Source: Malacoraja senta | Taxonomy: Eukaryota | Direction: 5' to 3' | DNA: 64,000 bases | Assembly: GCA_038087875.1 (NCBI GenBank) | Contig: CM075994.1 | Span: forward strand, 9,860,001 to 9,924,000 | In this document: piece after piece, positions 21,655 through 35,030 of the stretch | How the letters are laid out: each line of letters opens with the position of its first letter | How positions within the stretch are numbered: position 1 is the first letter of the stretch | Position numbers and translations under genes: made by a program | The notes under the pieces: model-generated | What the model saw: only the letters and a program-made list of their open reading frames with translations | Databases searched by the model: none | Told to the model about the DNA's origin: nothing

Positions 21655-23542
21655 TTTTTTTATTAATATTTATTTTATTAGAAGCAATTGTACAAGAATA
21701 AAGCAATCGGCATAACAATTATACAATATTCGTACAGCTTCAGTTTTAACATTTTATAAATTGATACATGAAACGGAAAAAAAAGTAAAAAAGGAAAGAA
21801 TGAAGAAAAAGAAGAAAGATACAAAAAAGAGAGAAGAAAAGAACCCTGAACTGCCAAAGTTCAGGCGGGAAGAGAAAAAAAAAAGAGAAAAGTAAAAATA
21901 CAAAAAACGGAGATATGTTCCACCATCCTTCCCTTCCCTGCTCACCCATCCCAAGCATCGTTTTTTAATTTGTGTTCAACCATTCTATTGTTGAAGAAAT
22001 TCAGTGATGAAGGAGACCATGTTTTGGAGAATTGGTCTGATTTATCAGCCAAAACAAGCCTAATTTTTTCTAAGTGTAGTGTCTCGGTCATTTCAGTAAT
22101 CCACATCTTCACTGTGGGAACTGTTATCTTTTTCCAGAATTTGAGTATAAGTTTTACGCAGTTATTAAGCCGTAGTCAAGGAAACGTATTTGGAATGTCG
22201 TTAACTTAGAACAGCCCTCTGACATTCCTAAAATTATTCGTTTTGCATCTGACTCCAGTTGAATTTTAAGAGTTTTAGAGATGATATCGAATATTCCCAT
22301 CCAGAAATTTTGTATTTTTATACAGGATGCGAAGGAATGGGTAAAGGTAGCTTCTTGGAGGTGACATTTATCACAGATAGAGGAGACAGTTGGGAAGATC
22401 TTATTCAATTTAGTCTTTGAATAGTATAGCCTGTGCAATATTTTGAATTGTATCAGGCAATGCCTGACATTTAAAGAACAGTAACGTATGGAAAGTAGGC
22501 TTTCCTCCCATATATCTTTTGAAATAGATAAACCCAACTCGTCTTCCCAAGCTCACCTATACATCTCAGAAGGTGGGTATCAGCATTTAAAAGAGTGTTA
22601 TAAATGTAAGTTATCAACTTACTTGTATCGGCATGTCTATTCAGACAATCATCTAATATATCTGGACCCATAAAAGGACAATCTTGTGTGAATGTTTTCA
22701 CATAATCTCGGATTTGAAGGTATCTAAAAAGATCGTTTGCTTTCAAATGATATTTCTCCTGTAGTTCTTGAAAAGAAAAGAGAGTCCCCTTCTTATAGAG
22801 GTCTCCCACAGTATTATTTCCTAGGTTTTTTCATTGAACAAACGCCCTATCTAAAGTAGACGGTTTAAAGGAGGGATTGTTAGCAATAGGCAGAAGGAGA
22901 GACAAATTTCTCAGTTTAAGACTTAATTTCAGCTGTTTCCAGATACGTAGGGTACTGTGTATTATCGGATTTTGCTCATACGTTGACTTATTCAGATGTA
23001 TTGGAGATAGAAGAATCGAGCCTATGTTAAAAGGCAAACAATCTTCCCTCTCCATTTTTAACCAATTTACCTGTTGTCATGTGTCGTACAACCAGAAGAT
23101 TATATTTTTAATGTTAGTCGCCCAGTAGAAGAAAAGAAAGTTAGGAAGAGCTAATCCTCCGTTTTCTTTGGATTTGCACAAATGTCTTTTATGTATTCTA
23201 TGGGTTTTGTAGCCCCAAATAAAGTTAGTGATAGTAGAATCAATTTTTTTGTTTAAACTCTTGGGGAGATATATTGATTGAAATAAATATAGGAGTTGCG
23301 GAAGGAAGATCATCTTTATGGCATTTACTCTACCTATAAGGGAAATAGGAAGTGTTTTCCAAAATTGAATGTTGGCAAATCGTTTAGTAATTAATGGTGG
23401 GAAATTTGTTTTAAATAGAGAGGAGTGTTTTCTCACGTAAACACCGAGATATCTAAACTTTCCTGTAACAATTCTGAAGGGAAATTTTTGGAATTGAGAA
23501 GGGTCTTGAGCTTTTATTGGCATAATTTCACTTTTATTCCAA
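21655..23542 (-). mobile_element. L1-clade LINE 3' portion, copy A
   Basis: ORF2 C-terminal motifs WNKSEI, F.YLG, GRVNAIKM..LP, GGLALPN, QFKILHRLY, C.KC..H; A-rich tail at 21655. Confidence 0.9.
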
Positions 23543-24070
23543 TCTATATTACTAAAACTAAGATCTTGACCACTTTCTGACTTTCTGTTTCGTGGTTTCC
23601 GAAAGAACGCCGCCACTTACGGCCGTCATTTTTGGCCACCTCGCTCAAGAGTCCCCCTCCACCGGACTGGACCAGAGGATTTTTCCCATCGGTGAAAAAT
23701 CAGAGGGTTATTAATGTTTTTTTTTTATGTCGCCATTCTCTCTGTGGCCCCCACTGGCGGCAGTGGGGAGGGACTATAACACCCGGAAGTGTCGTGCCTC
23801 ACTCAGTCTCTGTGAGATGGAGGAAGCGAGAGGATCACGGCTCTCTGAGCTGCAAATAACACTGAACGCATGTCTACTCGACGGTGAGTCCCCTCGATGT
23901 GCTTGTAAAGTGTTTGCCAAATTGTTTGTCTTGGCTTTTAAACGTTTGAATCATTCGGTTTACACACTGTATGTTTACCACGTTCTGATGTTACTTGGCA
24001 TTTTAGTATTGGTTGTGAGTGTGAGTGTGTGTGTGGGGTGGGGGGGTCCGTGTGTGTGTGTGGGGGGGGG

Positions 24071-24105
<35 letters not shown>

Positions 24106-24109
24106 TTGC

Positions 24110-24452
24110 AGAAAATGTATTGGTTGTAAAGTGCTTGACAAATTGCCTTGGTTTTAAAAAGTTTTCAGAAAATGGATTGGTTGTGAAGTGTTTGCCAAAT
24201 TGTCTGTCTTGGTTTTTAAAATCGTTTTCGGATGGATAAAGCTTGAATAAACATTATATTAGATCAGGACTGTGTTTAATTGCAAAATTGGCACTCATTC
24301 CGTGACTTCCGCCGTTCGGCGGGTTTTAACGGGCTCGCTACGCTGGAACCAATGGTAAGTGCTTACCTGCAGTTCATCGCGTGTACTCCAGTTGGCGTAG
24401 CATAGCAACAGTATGGGTCACGGGTCGTGACCCGACTGACATGCAACCTCCC
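24110..24452 (-). mobile_element. Second end-type of the same terminal repeat family (also 52130-52477, partial 53055-53250)
   Basis: Shares the GGGAGGTTGCA..GGGTCACGACCC..CCAACTGGA terminal block with 8550-8687 but has a different interior. Confidence 0.55.
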
Positions 24453-24453
24453 A

Positions 24454-24456
<3 letters not shown>

Positions 24457-24516
<60 letters not shown>

Positions 24517-25476
24517 TCTGTGTGTGTGTGTGAGTCTGTGTGTGTGTGAGTCTGTGTGTGTGTGTCTGAAAGTCTGTGTAAGTGTGAGTCTGTGTGTGTG
24601 TGTGAGTGTGAGTGAGTCAGTGTGTGTGAGTGTGTGAGTCTGTGTGTGTGTCTGTGCGTGTGTGTGTCTGTGTGTCTGTGATTGAGTCTGTGTGTGTGTG
24701 TGTGTGTGTCTGTCTGTATGTTTGAGTGTGTCAGAGTGTGTTTGTGTGTATGTCAAAGAGTGTGTGTGTGAGAGTCTGTGGCTGTGTGTGTCTGAGTCTG
24801 TGTGAGTGTGTGTGTGTCTGTGTGTGTGCGTGTCTGAGTGTGTGTGTATGTGTATGTGTGTGTGAGTCTGTGTGTGTGAGTCTGTGCATGAGTGTGTGTG
24901 TGTGTGAGTCTGTGTGTGTGCGTGAGTGTGAATGTGTGTGAGTCTGTGTGTGAGTCTGTGTGTGAGTCTGTGTGAGTGTCTGCGTGTGTGTGAGCCTGTG
25001 TGTGTGTGGGGGAGTCTGTGTGTGTGAGAGAGTCTGTGTGTGTGTGTATATGTGTTTGTGTGTGCGTATGTGTGTGTGCGTATGTGTGTGTGCGTATGTG
25101 TGTGTGCGTGAGTCTGAGTGAGTATGTGTGTGAGTCTGTGTGTCTGTGAGTGTGTGTGTGTGTGTGTGTGTGTCTGTCTGTTTGTGTGAGTGTGTCTGAG
25201 AGTGTGTTTGTGTGTGTATGTCAGAGAGTGTGTGTGTGAGTCTGTGTCTGTGTGTGTGTCTGTGTGTGTGAGTCTGTGTGCGTGTCTGAGTCTGTGTGTG
25301 CGTGTCTGAGTGTGTGTGTGTGTGTGTCTCTGTGTGTGTGTGTCTCTGTGTGTGAGTCTGTGTGCGTGTGGGTGTGTGTATGTGTGTGTGAGTTTGTGTG
25401 TGTCTGTGAGTGTGTGTGTCTGTGAGTGTGTGAGTCTGTATGTGAGTGTGTGTGTGAGGTGGAGGGTGTGTGTGTG
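24457..25476. repeat. Compound TG-rich microsatellite
   Basis: Directly visible; homologous array at 52482-53053. Confidence 0.95.
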
Positions 25477-26389
25477 ATCAACAAATAACAAATAGTACAA
25501 ATAATATAGTATTTCATAGTTCAGAGCTTATTTGTTGTTTAATAGCCTGATGGCTGTCAGGAAGAAGCTGTTCCTCAATGTAGATGTGACAGTTTTCAGT
25601 TTACAAAAGTCGGACGTCACTCCAGAATTCGGGCACAAGTCAGACAGTCCACAAGCAGTGATTCAGTCTGTCAATCCAGAGGCCATGAGTGAGTCAGTCA
25701 GTCAGTCCAGAGACCGTGAGTTAGTCCCAAGGCAGTGAGCGAGTCCAGAGGCCATGAGTAGGTTGCTCACCGCACCCCCCCCCTCCACTGACATCCCCCA
25801 CCTCAAGAAGCTGCCCTCGGCCTGGCTATAGGATGCCTCCCCTCCTGAAGCCGGCCCCATCCCCCGCTGCAGGACACCCCCCTCCCTCATCAGCCCACGA
25901 GAGCCCCCGCCTGAAGCTGTCCCCCTCCCTCAGCTGCAGGACGTTTGCCACCCTCCACCCCACCCCGACAGCCCCCGCCTCAAAAACATGTTTTGCACAA
26001 ATTCTTCAGTGAGTCCAGCGGATTGAGAATTACAACAAACCAATGGAATTCTTTAATTTGCCACAACCAAGAAATGGAAGGATGCACCTTGATGATGACA
26101 ATCCAGAATTGCTGCCGGAATTGCAATTTGTTGAGGAGAATGGGCCTCTGCTGAATGCTGAGCAGCGAGCAGTGTATGCACTCAATTTAACAGAAGGTGA
26201 AGACATTCTCCTTCAGCAGACCCAATTCCCCATTCAATCAAGTTTTGCTATGACGATCCATAAAGCACAAGGATAAACAATGCAGGTGTTGATCTACCTC
26301 GACAAACCAGTATTTCAGCATGGAAAACTCTATGTGTCTCTTAGCCGAGGAAAGATGAAAGATGAAGGGAAATGTCAACGTTTTCCTGA

Positions 26390-28517
26390 AGGATGTAACA
26401 TCGACCAAGAATGTTGTCATTAAAAGCGTGCTTCATTGAATGATGACTTCTGAGATCAATTCTCAGATTTTCTTTGTTAAAATTTGACCGCCGAATCTCT
26501 CTATATTTAAATTGTCTCTTTTTTTTATCAACAGCAAAGAGACATAAATATGCAGTGAGCAGCAACAAGAGACAACAAGAAAGAACTTAATAATTCTCAT
26601 CTTTAACATTTAAATTGTTCTTATATTTTAAGAGTCATTCACATTTTAAACTTTAATAAATTCTTTTTCCACTTTTCATGCCTGTGTTCTTCATCACAAT
26701 GCGAACCTAATGGCAGGAATGGCTGGTCTGTGGGAGAGCCACAGAGAGTGCATGGGGGGAAGTTGTGGGGAGATGGACTGAATGCGTGGCGGGGAGGGGA
26801 ATGGCAAGTAGCAGAGTGGAGCAGGGGTGACTGATTGAACTGCCAGCATACCAGCCGTGAGTGACTGCACTGCCAGCCCACCAGCCATGAGTAAGTGAAC
26901 TGCCAGCCCACCAGCCGTGAGTGACTGCACTGCCAGCCCACCAGCCATGAGTAAGTGAACTGCCAGCCCACCAGCCGTAAGTGACTGAACTGCCAGCCCA
27001 ATAATCCATTCAGGCCACCCTCTCCCCCTTCTCTCTCCCAGTCTGTCACCTGTTTTGGGCACAATTTCTGGCAGTTTCTCAGCTGCTAGCCTGCCTGGTC
27101 TGAGTGACTGTACTGCCAGGCCTCAGTGACTGAGCTGCCTTGCCTCAGTGACTGAGCTGCCAGCCCAAGAATCCATTCGGCCCACAATGTCCATACTGGC
27201 CCTCTGGAAACCAGCCCCTTCGGCCAACAACACCCATACTAGCGCAACAGTATCCTCCGCCCCCCCCACTGGCCAGCAATATTGGAATTAGTGGAGAGGT
27301 GGAATATTGCATTGGGTGACCAGCCCTCCCGTGTGATGCTGGGACCCAACAGGTCCCACTTAGTCGAGTAATCTTATATGTTTCAATAAGATACCCTCTC
27401 ATCCTTCTAAACTCCAAATAGCCCGGTTACATCCACTGGTTAGCGACGGGTGGTGCAGCGGTAGAGTTGCTGCCTCACCGTGCTGGAGTCTCGGGTTCGA
27501 TCCCCAGTACTGCTATGAGAATGCAGGGTGATTTGGACAGGTTGGGGGAGTGGGAAGATGCATGGCAGATGCAGTTTAATGCGGATAAATGTGAGGTTAT
27601 CCACTTTGGTAGCAAAAACAGGAAGGCAGATTACTATCTAAATGGTGTCAAGTTGGGAAAAAGGGAAGTACAACGGGATCTGGGTGTCCTTGTACATCAG
27701 TCTATGAAAGTAAGCATGCAGGTACAGCAGGCAGTGAAGAAAGCGAATGGCATGTTGACCTTTATAACAAGAGGAGCAACGAGGAATATAGGAACAAAGA
27801 GGTCCTTCTGCAGTTGTACAGGGCCCTAGTGAGACCACACCTGGAGTATTGTGTGCAGTTTTAGTCCCCTAATTTGAGGAAGGACATTCTTGCTATTGAG
27901 GGTTAATTCCCGGGATGGCGGGACTGTCATATGCTGAGAGAATGGAGCAGCTGGGCTTGTACACTCTGGAGTTTAGAAGGTTGAGAGGGGCCCTTATTGA
28001 AACATATAAGATTGTTAAGGGTTTGGACATGCTAGAGGCAGGAAACATGTTCCCGATTTTGGGGGAGTCCCGAACCAGGGGCCACAGTTTAAGAATAAGG
28101 AGTAAGTCATTTAGAACGGAGACGAGGAAACACTTTTTCACACAGAGAGTGGTGAGTCTGTGGAATTCTCTGCCTCAGAGGGTGGTGGAGGTAGGTTCAC
28201 TGGATGCTTTCAAGAGAGAGCTAGATAGGGCTCTTGAAGATAGCAGAGTCAGTGGATATGGGGAGAAGGCAGGAACGGGGTACTGATTGGGGATGTTCAG
28301 CCATGATCACATTGAGTGGCGGTGCTGGCTCGAAGGGTCGAATGGCCTACTCCTGCACCTACTCTCTACTGTCTATTGTATGTTGTCTGCTGTCTGTTGT
28401 CTGTTGTCTGTTGCCTGTGAAACGGTTTCCGCACTGTATCTCTAAATTGAACTAATCTGCCTTTTGACTCCAACTCTTCCACAGGTTTGTAGGTTAATTG
28501 GCTTCTGCAAATTGTCC

Positions 28518-28558
<41 letters not shown>

Positions 28559-31500
28559 GTGTAGGATAGTGTTGGTGTGCGCGGACTCGATGGGCCTGTT
28601 GGTTGGCGCGGACTCGATGGGCCTGTTTCCACGCCCGATCTCGAAAGTCTAAAGTAAGTCTCTAAAGGTCCCTGTCACGGTTTATTCCGAACAGCTCCGA
28701 CACAGACACTGTGATTTACGGACTGTTCCCAGGGACGCATTCAGAGACCGACATCGAGTGCTGCTGGAAGGATCATCAACTCGGTGAAAGACGCTCTTTG
28801 GTCTGCCCGAACGTTGTTCACCACCCAGCGGAGCGAGATGTCCGTCAGGGAATGTTGCCGACTGGCCCGCTGCAGACTGCAGGAGTACGTGCTGAGGGAC
28901 GCACTGAAGCTCGGTGCAGCCCACGCCAAGGCTCGGTGGGGCAGGACCACAATCTAGGGTCCTTCCGCTGCTGGACATCGGGGGCAGGGTGTGGTGGAGA
29001 CGCCCCCAAAATAAAGGAAGGGGGCCACATGAGTGGCAAGGGTGCGGGATAAATGAGTGCAATGTGTGTAAACAGTATTAGAAACATAGAAAATAGGTGC
29101 TGGTGGAGGCCATTCGGCCCTTTGAGCTGGCACCGCCATTCATTGTGATCATGGCTGATCGTCCCCAATCAACAACCCGTGCCTGCCTTCTCCCCAAATC
29201 CCTTGATACCACTAGCCCCTAGAGCTCCATCTAACTCTCTCTTAAATCCATCCAGTGATTTGGCCTTCACAGCCCCCTGTGGCAGGGAATTCCACTAATT
29301 CACAACTCTCTGGGTGAAAAGTTTTTTCTCACCTCAGTCTTAAATGGCTTCCCCTTTACTTTAAGACTGTGGCCCCTGGTTCTGGATTCGCCCAACATTG
29401 GGAACATTTTTCCTGCATCTAGCTTGTCGAGTCCTTTTACAATTTTATATGTTTCTATAAGATCTCCACTCATCCTAATCTCCAGTGAATACAAGCCTAG
29501 TCTTTTCAATCTTTCCACAGATGACAGTCCCGCCATCCCAGGAATCAATCTCGTGAACCTACGCTGCACTGCCTCAATCACAAGGGTGTCCTTCCTCAAA
29601 TTAGGAGACCAAAACTGTAAGCAATACTCCAGATGTGGTCTCACCAGAGCCCTAAACAACTGCAGAAGAACCTCTTCACTCCTATACTGAAATCCTCTTG
29701 TTATGAAGGCCAACATTCCATTAGCTTTCTTCACTGCCTGCTGTACCTGCACGCCAACTTTCAGTGATCAGTGTACAAGGACACACAGGTCTCGCTGCAC
29801 CTCCCCCTTACCTAACCTAACCTGACCATTGAATGTATAGCCTCCGAGAATGTAGGATGAATTATTATTTTTTGCACAGTTCCTGTGTTTTATATATTGA
29901 TTACTTGAATAAAGTCTATTTTGATTTTTTTTTTTAAAGTAACTCTATCTCCGCGGGTCTCTGTTAACATGGGACGACACGACAGGCTGGGTGAAGAAGA
30001 TTTGAACGATACCCTTGAATATCTAACTGACAACATCCAGGTCGATCGCCCCCCTGTCTCCGAATCCAACCCGTGAATCTCTGTTGGTGAATCCCGTATC
30101 AGCGGAATAATCCTTCGCCAATTTGTCATCACTTCTTTTTGGTAAATTAATTTTAAAAATGAGTTGGTGAAAATCTCTCTTATTTGGTTTGGAGGCTTGA
30201 ATTTCCCAGATCTGAAACCGAGTTTCCCCCCCACCAGGAAGCCAGTTAAAGCTGGGGGTATCTGGTGGTACTATGGTAGTAGACGTTTATACATCGACGA
30301 GACCAAGCGTAGGCTTGGCGATCGCTTCACCCAACACGTCCGCTCGGTTCGCATTAACCAACCTGATATCCCGGTGGCTCAGCACTTCAACTCCCACTCC
30401 CATTCTGAATCCGACCTTTCTGTCCTGGGCCTCCTCCATGACCAGAGTGAGTCCCACCCCAAATTGGAGGAGCAGCACCTCATATTTCGCTTGGGCAGTT
30501 TACACCCCAGCGGTATGAACATTGACTTCTCCAATTTCAGGTAGTCCTTGCTTTCTCCTACTTTCCCCTCCCCTTCCCAGCTCTCCCACAGCCCACTCTC
30601 TCCACCTCTTCCTTTCTTCTTCCCGTCGCCCCCCCCCCCCCATCAGTCTGACCCAAAACGACAATAGAACATAGGTGCAGGAGTAGGCCATTCGGCCCTT
30701 CGAGGATGTAACATCGACCAAGAATGTTGTCATTAAAAGCGTGCTTCATTGAATGATGACTTCTGACATCAATTCTCAGATTTTCTTTGTTAAAATTTGA
30801 CCGCCGAATCTCTCTATATTTAAATTGTCTCTTTTTTTTATCAACAGCAAAGAGACATAAATATGCAGTGAGCAGCAACAAGAGACAACAAGAAAGAACT
30901 TAATAATTCTCATCTTTAACATTTAAATTGTTCTTATATTTTAAGAGTCATTCACATTTTAAACTTTAATAAATCCTTTTTCCACTTTTCATGCCTGTGT
31001 GTTCTTCATCACAATGCGAACCTAATGGCAGGAATGGCTGGTCTGTGGGAGAGCCACAGAGAGTGCATGGGGGGAACTTGTGGGGAGATGGACTGAATGC
31101 GTGGCGGGGAGGGGAATGGCAAGTAGCAGAGTGGAGCAGGGGTGACTGAGTGAACTGCCAGCACACCAGCCGTGAGTGACTGCACTGCCAGCCCACCAGC
31201 CATGAGTAAGTGAACTGCCAGCCCACCAGCTGTGAGTGACTGCACTGCCAGCCCACCAGCCGTGAGTAAGTGAACTGCCAGCCCACCAGCCGTAAGTGAC
31301 TGAACTGCCAGCCCAATAATCCATTCAGGCCACCCTCTCCCCCTTCTCTCTCCCAGTCTGTCACCTGTTTTGGGCACAATTTCTGGCAGTTTCTCAGCTG
31401 CCAGCCTGCCTGGTCTGAGTGACTGTACTGCCAGGCCTCAGTGACTGAGCTGCCTTGCCTCAGTGACTGAGCTGCCAGCCCAAGAATCCATTCGGCCCAC

Positions 31501-32860
31501 AATGTCCATACTGGCCCTCTGGAAACCAGCCCCTTCGGCCAACAACACCCATACTAGAGCAACAGTATCCTCCCCCCCCCCCCCACTGGCCAGCAATATT
31601 GGAATTAGTGGAGAGGTGGAATATTGCATTGGGTGACCAGCCCTCCCGTGTGATGCTGGGACCCAACAGGTCCCACTTAGTCGAGTAATCTTATATGTTT
31701 CAATAAGATTCCCTCTCATCCTTCTAAACTCCAAATAGCCCGGTTACATCCACTGGTTAGCGACGGGTGGTGCAGCGGTAGAGTTGCTGCCTCACCGTGC
31801 TGGAGTCTCGGGTTCGATCCCCAGTACTGCTATGAGAATGCAGGGTGACCTGGACAGGTTGGGGGAGTGGGCAGATGCATGGCAGATGCAGTTTAATGCG
31901 GATAAATGTGAGGTTATCCACTTTGGTAGCAAAAACAGGAAGGCAGATTACTATCTAAATGGTGTCAAGTTGGGAAAAAGGGAAGTACAACGGGATCTGG
32001 GCGTCCTTGTACATCAGTCTATGAAAGTAAGCATGCAGGTACAGCAGGCAGTGAAGAAAGCGAATGGCATGTTGACCTTTATAACAAGAGGAGCAAAGAG
32101 GAATATAGGAACAAAGAGGTCCTTCTGCAGTTGTACAGGGCCCTAGTGAGACCACACCTGGAGTATTGTGTGCAGTTTTAGTCCCCTAATTTGAGGAAGG
32201 ACATTCTTGCTATTGAGGGTGTGCAGCGTAGGTTTACAAGGTTAATTCCCGGGATGGCGGGACTGTCATATGCTGAGAGAATGGAGCAGCTGGGCTTGTA
32301 CACTCTGGAGTTTAGAAGGTTGAGAGGGGCCCTTATTGAAACATATAAGATTGTTAAGGGTTTGGACATGCTAGAGGCAGGAAACATGTTCCCGATTTTG
32401 GGGGAGTCCCGAACCAGGGGCCACAGTTTAAGAATAAGGAGTAAGTCATTTAGAACGGAGACGAGGAAACACTTTTTCACACAGAGAGTGGTGAGTCTGT
32501 GGAATTCTCTGCCTCAGAGGGCGGTGGAGGTAGGTTCACTGGATGCTTTCAAGAGAGAGCTAGATAGGGCTCTTGAAGATAGCAGAGTCAGTGGATATGG
32601 GGAGAAGGCAGGAACGGGGTACTGATTGGGGATGTTCAGCCATGATCACATTGAGTGGCGGTGCTGGCTCGAAGGGTCGAATGGCCTACTCCTGCACCTA
32701 CTCTCTACTGTCTATTGTATGTTGTCTGCTGTCTGTTGTCTGTTGTCTGTTGCCTGTGAAACGGTTTCCGCACTGTATCTCTAAATTGAACTAATCTGCC
32801 TTTTGACTCCAACTCTTCCACAGGTTTGTAGGTTAATTGGCTTCTGCAAATTGTCCCGTG

Positions 32861-32895
<35 letters not shown>

Positions 32896-35030
32896 GCGTG
32901 TGTGTAGGATAGTGTTGGTGTGCGCGGACTCGATGGGCCTGTTGGTTGGCGCGGACTCGATGGGCCTGTTTCCACGCCCGATCTCGAAAGTCTAAAGTAA
33001 GTCTCTAAAGGTCCCTGTCACGGTTTATTCCGAACAGCTCCGACACAGACACTGTGATTTACGGACTGTTCCCAGGGACGCATTCAGAGACCGACATCGA
33101 GTGCTGCTGGAAGGATCATCAACTCGGTGAAAGACGCTCTTTGGTCTGCCCGAACGTTGTTCACCACCCAGCGGAGCGAGATGTCCGTCAGGGAATGTTG
33201 CCGACTGGCCCGCTGCAGACTGCAGGAGTACGTGCTGAGGGACGCACTGAAGCTCGGTGCAGCCAACGCCAAGGCTCGGTGGGGAAGGACCACAATCTAG
33301 GGTCCTTCCGCTGCTGGACATCGGGGGCAGGGTGTGGTGGAGACGCCCCCAAAATAAAGGAAGGGGGCCACATGAGTGGCAAGGGTGCGGGATAAATTAG
33401 TGCAATGTGTGTAAACAGTATTAGAAACATAGAAAATAGGTGCTGGTGGAGGCCATTCGGCCCTTTGAGCTGGCACCGCCATTCATTGTGATCATGGCTG
33501 ATCGTCCCCAATCAACAACCCGTGCCTGCCTTCTCCCCAAATCCCTTGATACCACTAGCCCCTAGAGCTCTATCTAACTCTCTCTTAAATCCATCCAGTG
33601 ATTTGGCCTTCACAGCCCCCTGTGGCAGGGAATTCCACTAATTCACAACTCTCTGGGTGAAAAGTTTTTTCTCACCTCAGTCTTAAATGGCTTCCCCTTT
33701 ACTTTAAGACTGTGGCCCCTGGTTCTGGATTCGCCCAACATTGGGAACATTTTTCCTGCAACTAGCTTGTCGAGTCCTTTTATAATTTTATATGTTTCTA
33801 TAAGATCTCCACATCCTAATCTCCAGTGAATACAAGCCTAGTCTTTTCAATCTTTCCACATATGACAGTCCCGCCATCCCAGGAATCAATCTCGTGAACC
33901 TACGCTGCACTGCCTCAATCACAAGGGTGTCCTTCCTCAAATTAGGAGACCAAAACTGTAAGCAATACTCCAGATGTGGTCTCACCAGAGCCCTAAACAA
34001 CTGCAGAAGAACCTCTTCACTCCTATACTGAAATCCTCTTGTTATGAAGGCCAACATTCCATTAGCTTTCTTCACTGCCTGCTGTACCTGCACGCCAACT
34101 TTCAGTGATCAGTGTACAAGGACACACAGGTCTCGCTGCACCTCCCCCTTACCTAACCTAACCTGACCATTGAATGTATAGCCTCCGAGAATGTAGGATG
34201 AATTATTATTTTTTGCACAGTTCCTGTGTTCTATATATTGATTACTTGAATAAAGTCTATTTTGATTTTTTTTTTAAAGTAACTCTATCTCCGCGGGTCC
34301 CTGTTAACAAGGGACGACACGACAGGCTGGGTGAAGAAGATTTGAACGATACCCTTGAATATCTAACTGACAACATCCAGGTCGATCGCCCCCCTGTCTC
34401 CGAATCCAACCCGTGAATCTCTGTCGGTGAATCCCGTATCAGCGGAATAATCCTTCGCCAATTTGTCATCACTTCTTTTTGGTAAATTAATTTTTAAAAT
34501 GAGTTGGTGAAAATCTCTCTTATTTGGTTTGGAGGCTTGAATTTCCCAGAGTTTCCCCCCCACCAGGAAGCCAGTTAAAACTGGGGGTATCTGGTGGTAC
34601 TATGGTAGTAGACGTTTATACATCGACGAGACCAAGCGTAGGCTTGGCGATCGCTTCACCCAACACGTCCGCTCGGTTCGCATTAACCAACCTGATATCC
34701 CGGTGGCTCAGCACTTCAACTCCCACTCCCATTCTGAATCCGACCTTTCTGTCCTGGGCCTCCTCCATGACCAGAGTGAGTCCCACCCCAAATTGGAGGA
34801 GCAGCACCTCATATTTCGCTTGGGCAGTTTACACCCCAGCGGTATGAACATTGACTTCTCCAATTTCAGGTAGTCCTTGCTTTCTCCTACTTTCCCCTCC
34901 CCTTCCCAGCTCTCCCACAGCCCACTCTCTCCACCTCTTCCTTTCTTCTTCCCGTCGCCCCCCCGCCATCAGTCTGACCCAAAACGACAATAGAACATAG
35001 GTGCAGGAGTAGACCATTCGGCCCTTCGAG
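26390..35030 (+). repeat. Tandem duplication of a ~4.3-kb block (26390-30704 and 30703-35030)
   Basis: Junction GCCCTTCG-AG-GATGTAAC joins CR1 tail sequence to Helitron sequence through a 2-nt AG overlap. The two blocks are colinear and near-identical. Confidence 0.92.
30703..31685 (+). mobile_element. Duplicated Helitron 3' part
   Basis: Near-identical to 26390-27368; produced by the 4.3-kb tandem duplication. Confidence 0.8.

Larger units (their letters stand above)
23543..27368 (+). mobile_element. Composite non-autonomous Helitron (putative 5' TC through 3' hairpin) spanning the A/B junction
   Basis: A|TCTATATTACTAAAAC at 23543 resembles a Helitron 5' end. Helicase remnant at 26043-26360, minisatellite at 26830-27000, hairpin at 27341-27357, CGAG|T end. 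The interior holds a DNA-transposon end and a TG-rich microsatellite. That the two ends belong to one element is inferred. Confidence 0.6.

Noticed and set aside
21480..23700. 5' LTR and primer-binding site of the chimeric element
   Set aside because: No second copy of the 160-bp unit or TGG-starting PBS was found upstream of Gag. An L1 and a Helitron occupy the region, so the TSD cannot be verified.
24418..25500. Long His/Thr-rich and Cys/Val-rich ORFs (also 8598-9898, 37868-38243, 52443-53249)
   Set aside because: Translations of (CA)/(TG) microsatellites, which simply lack stop codons.
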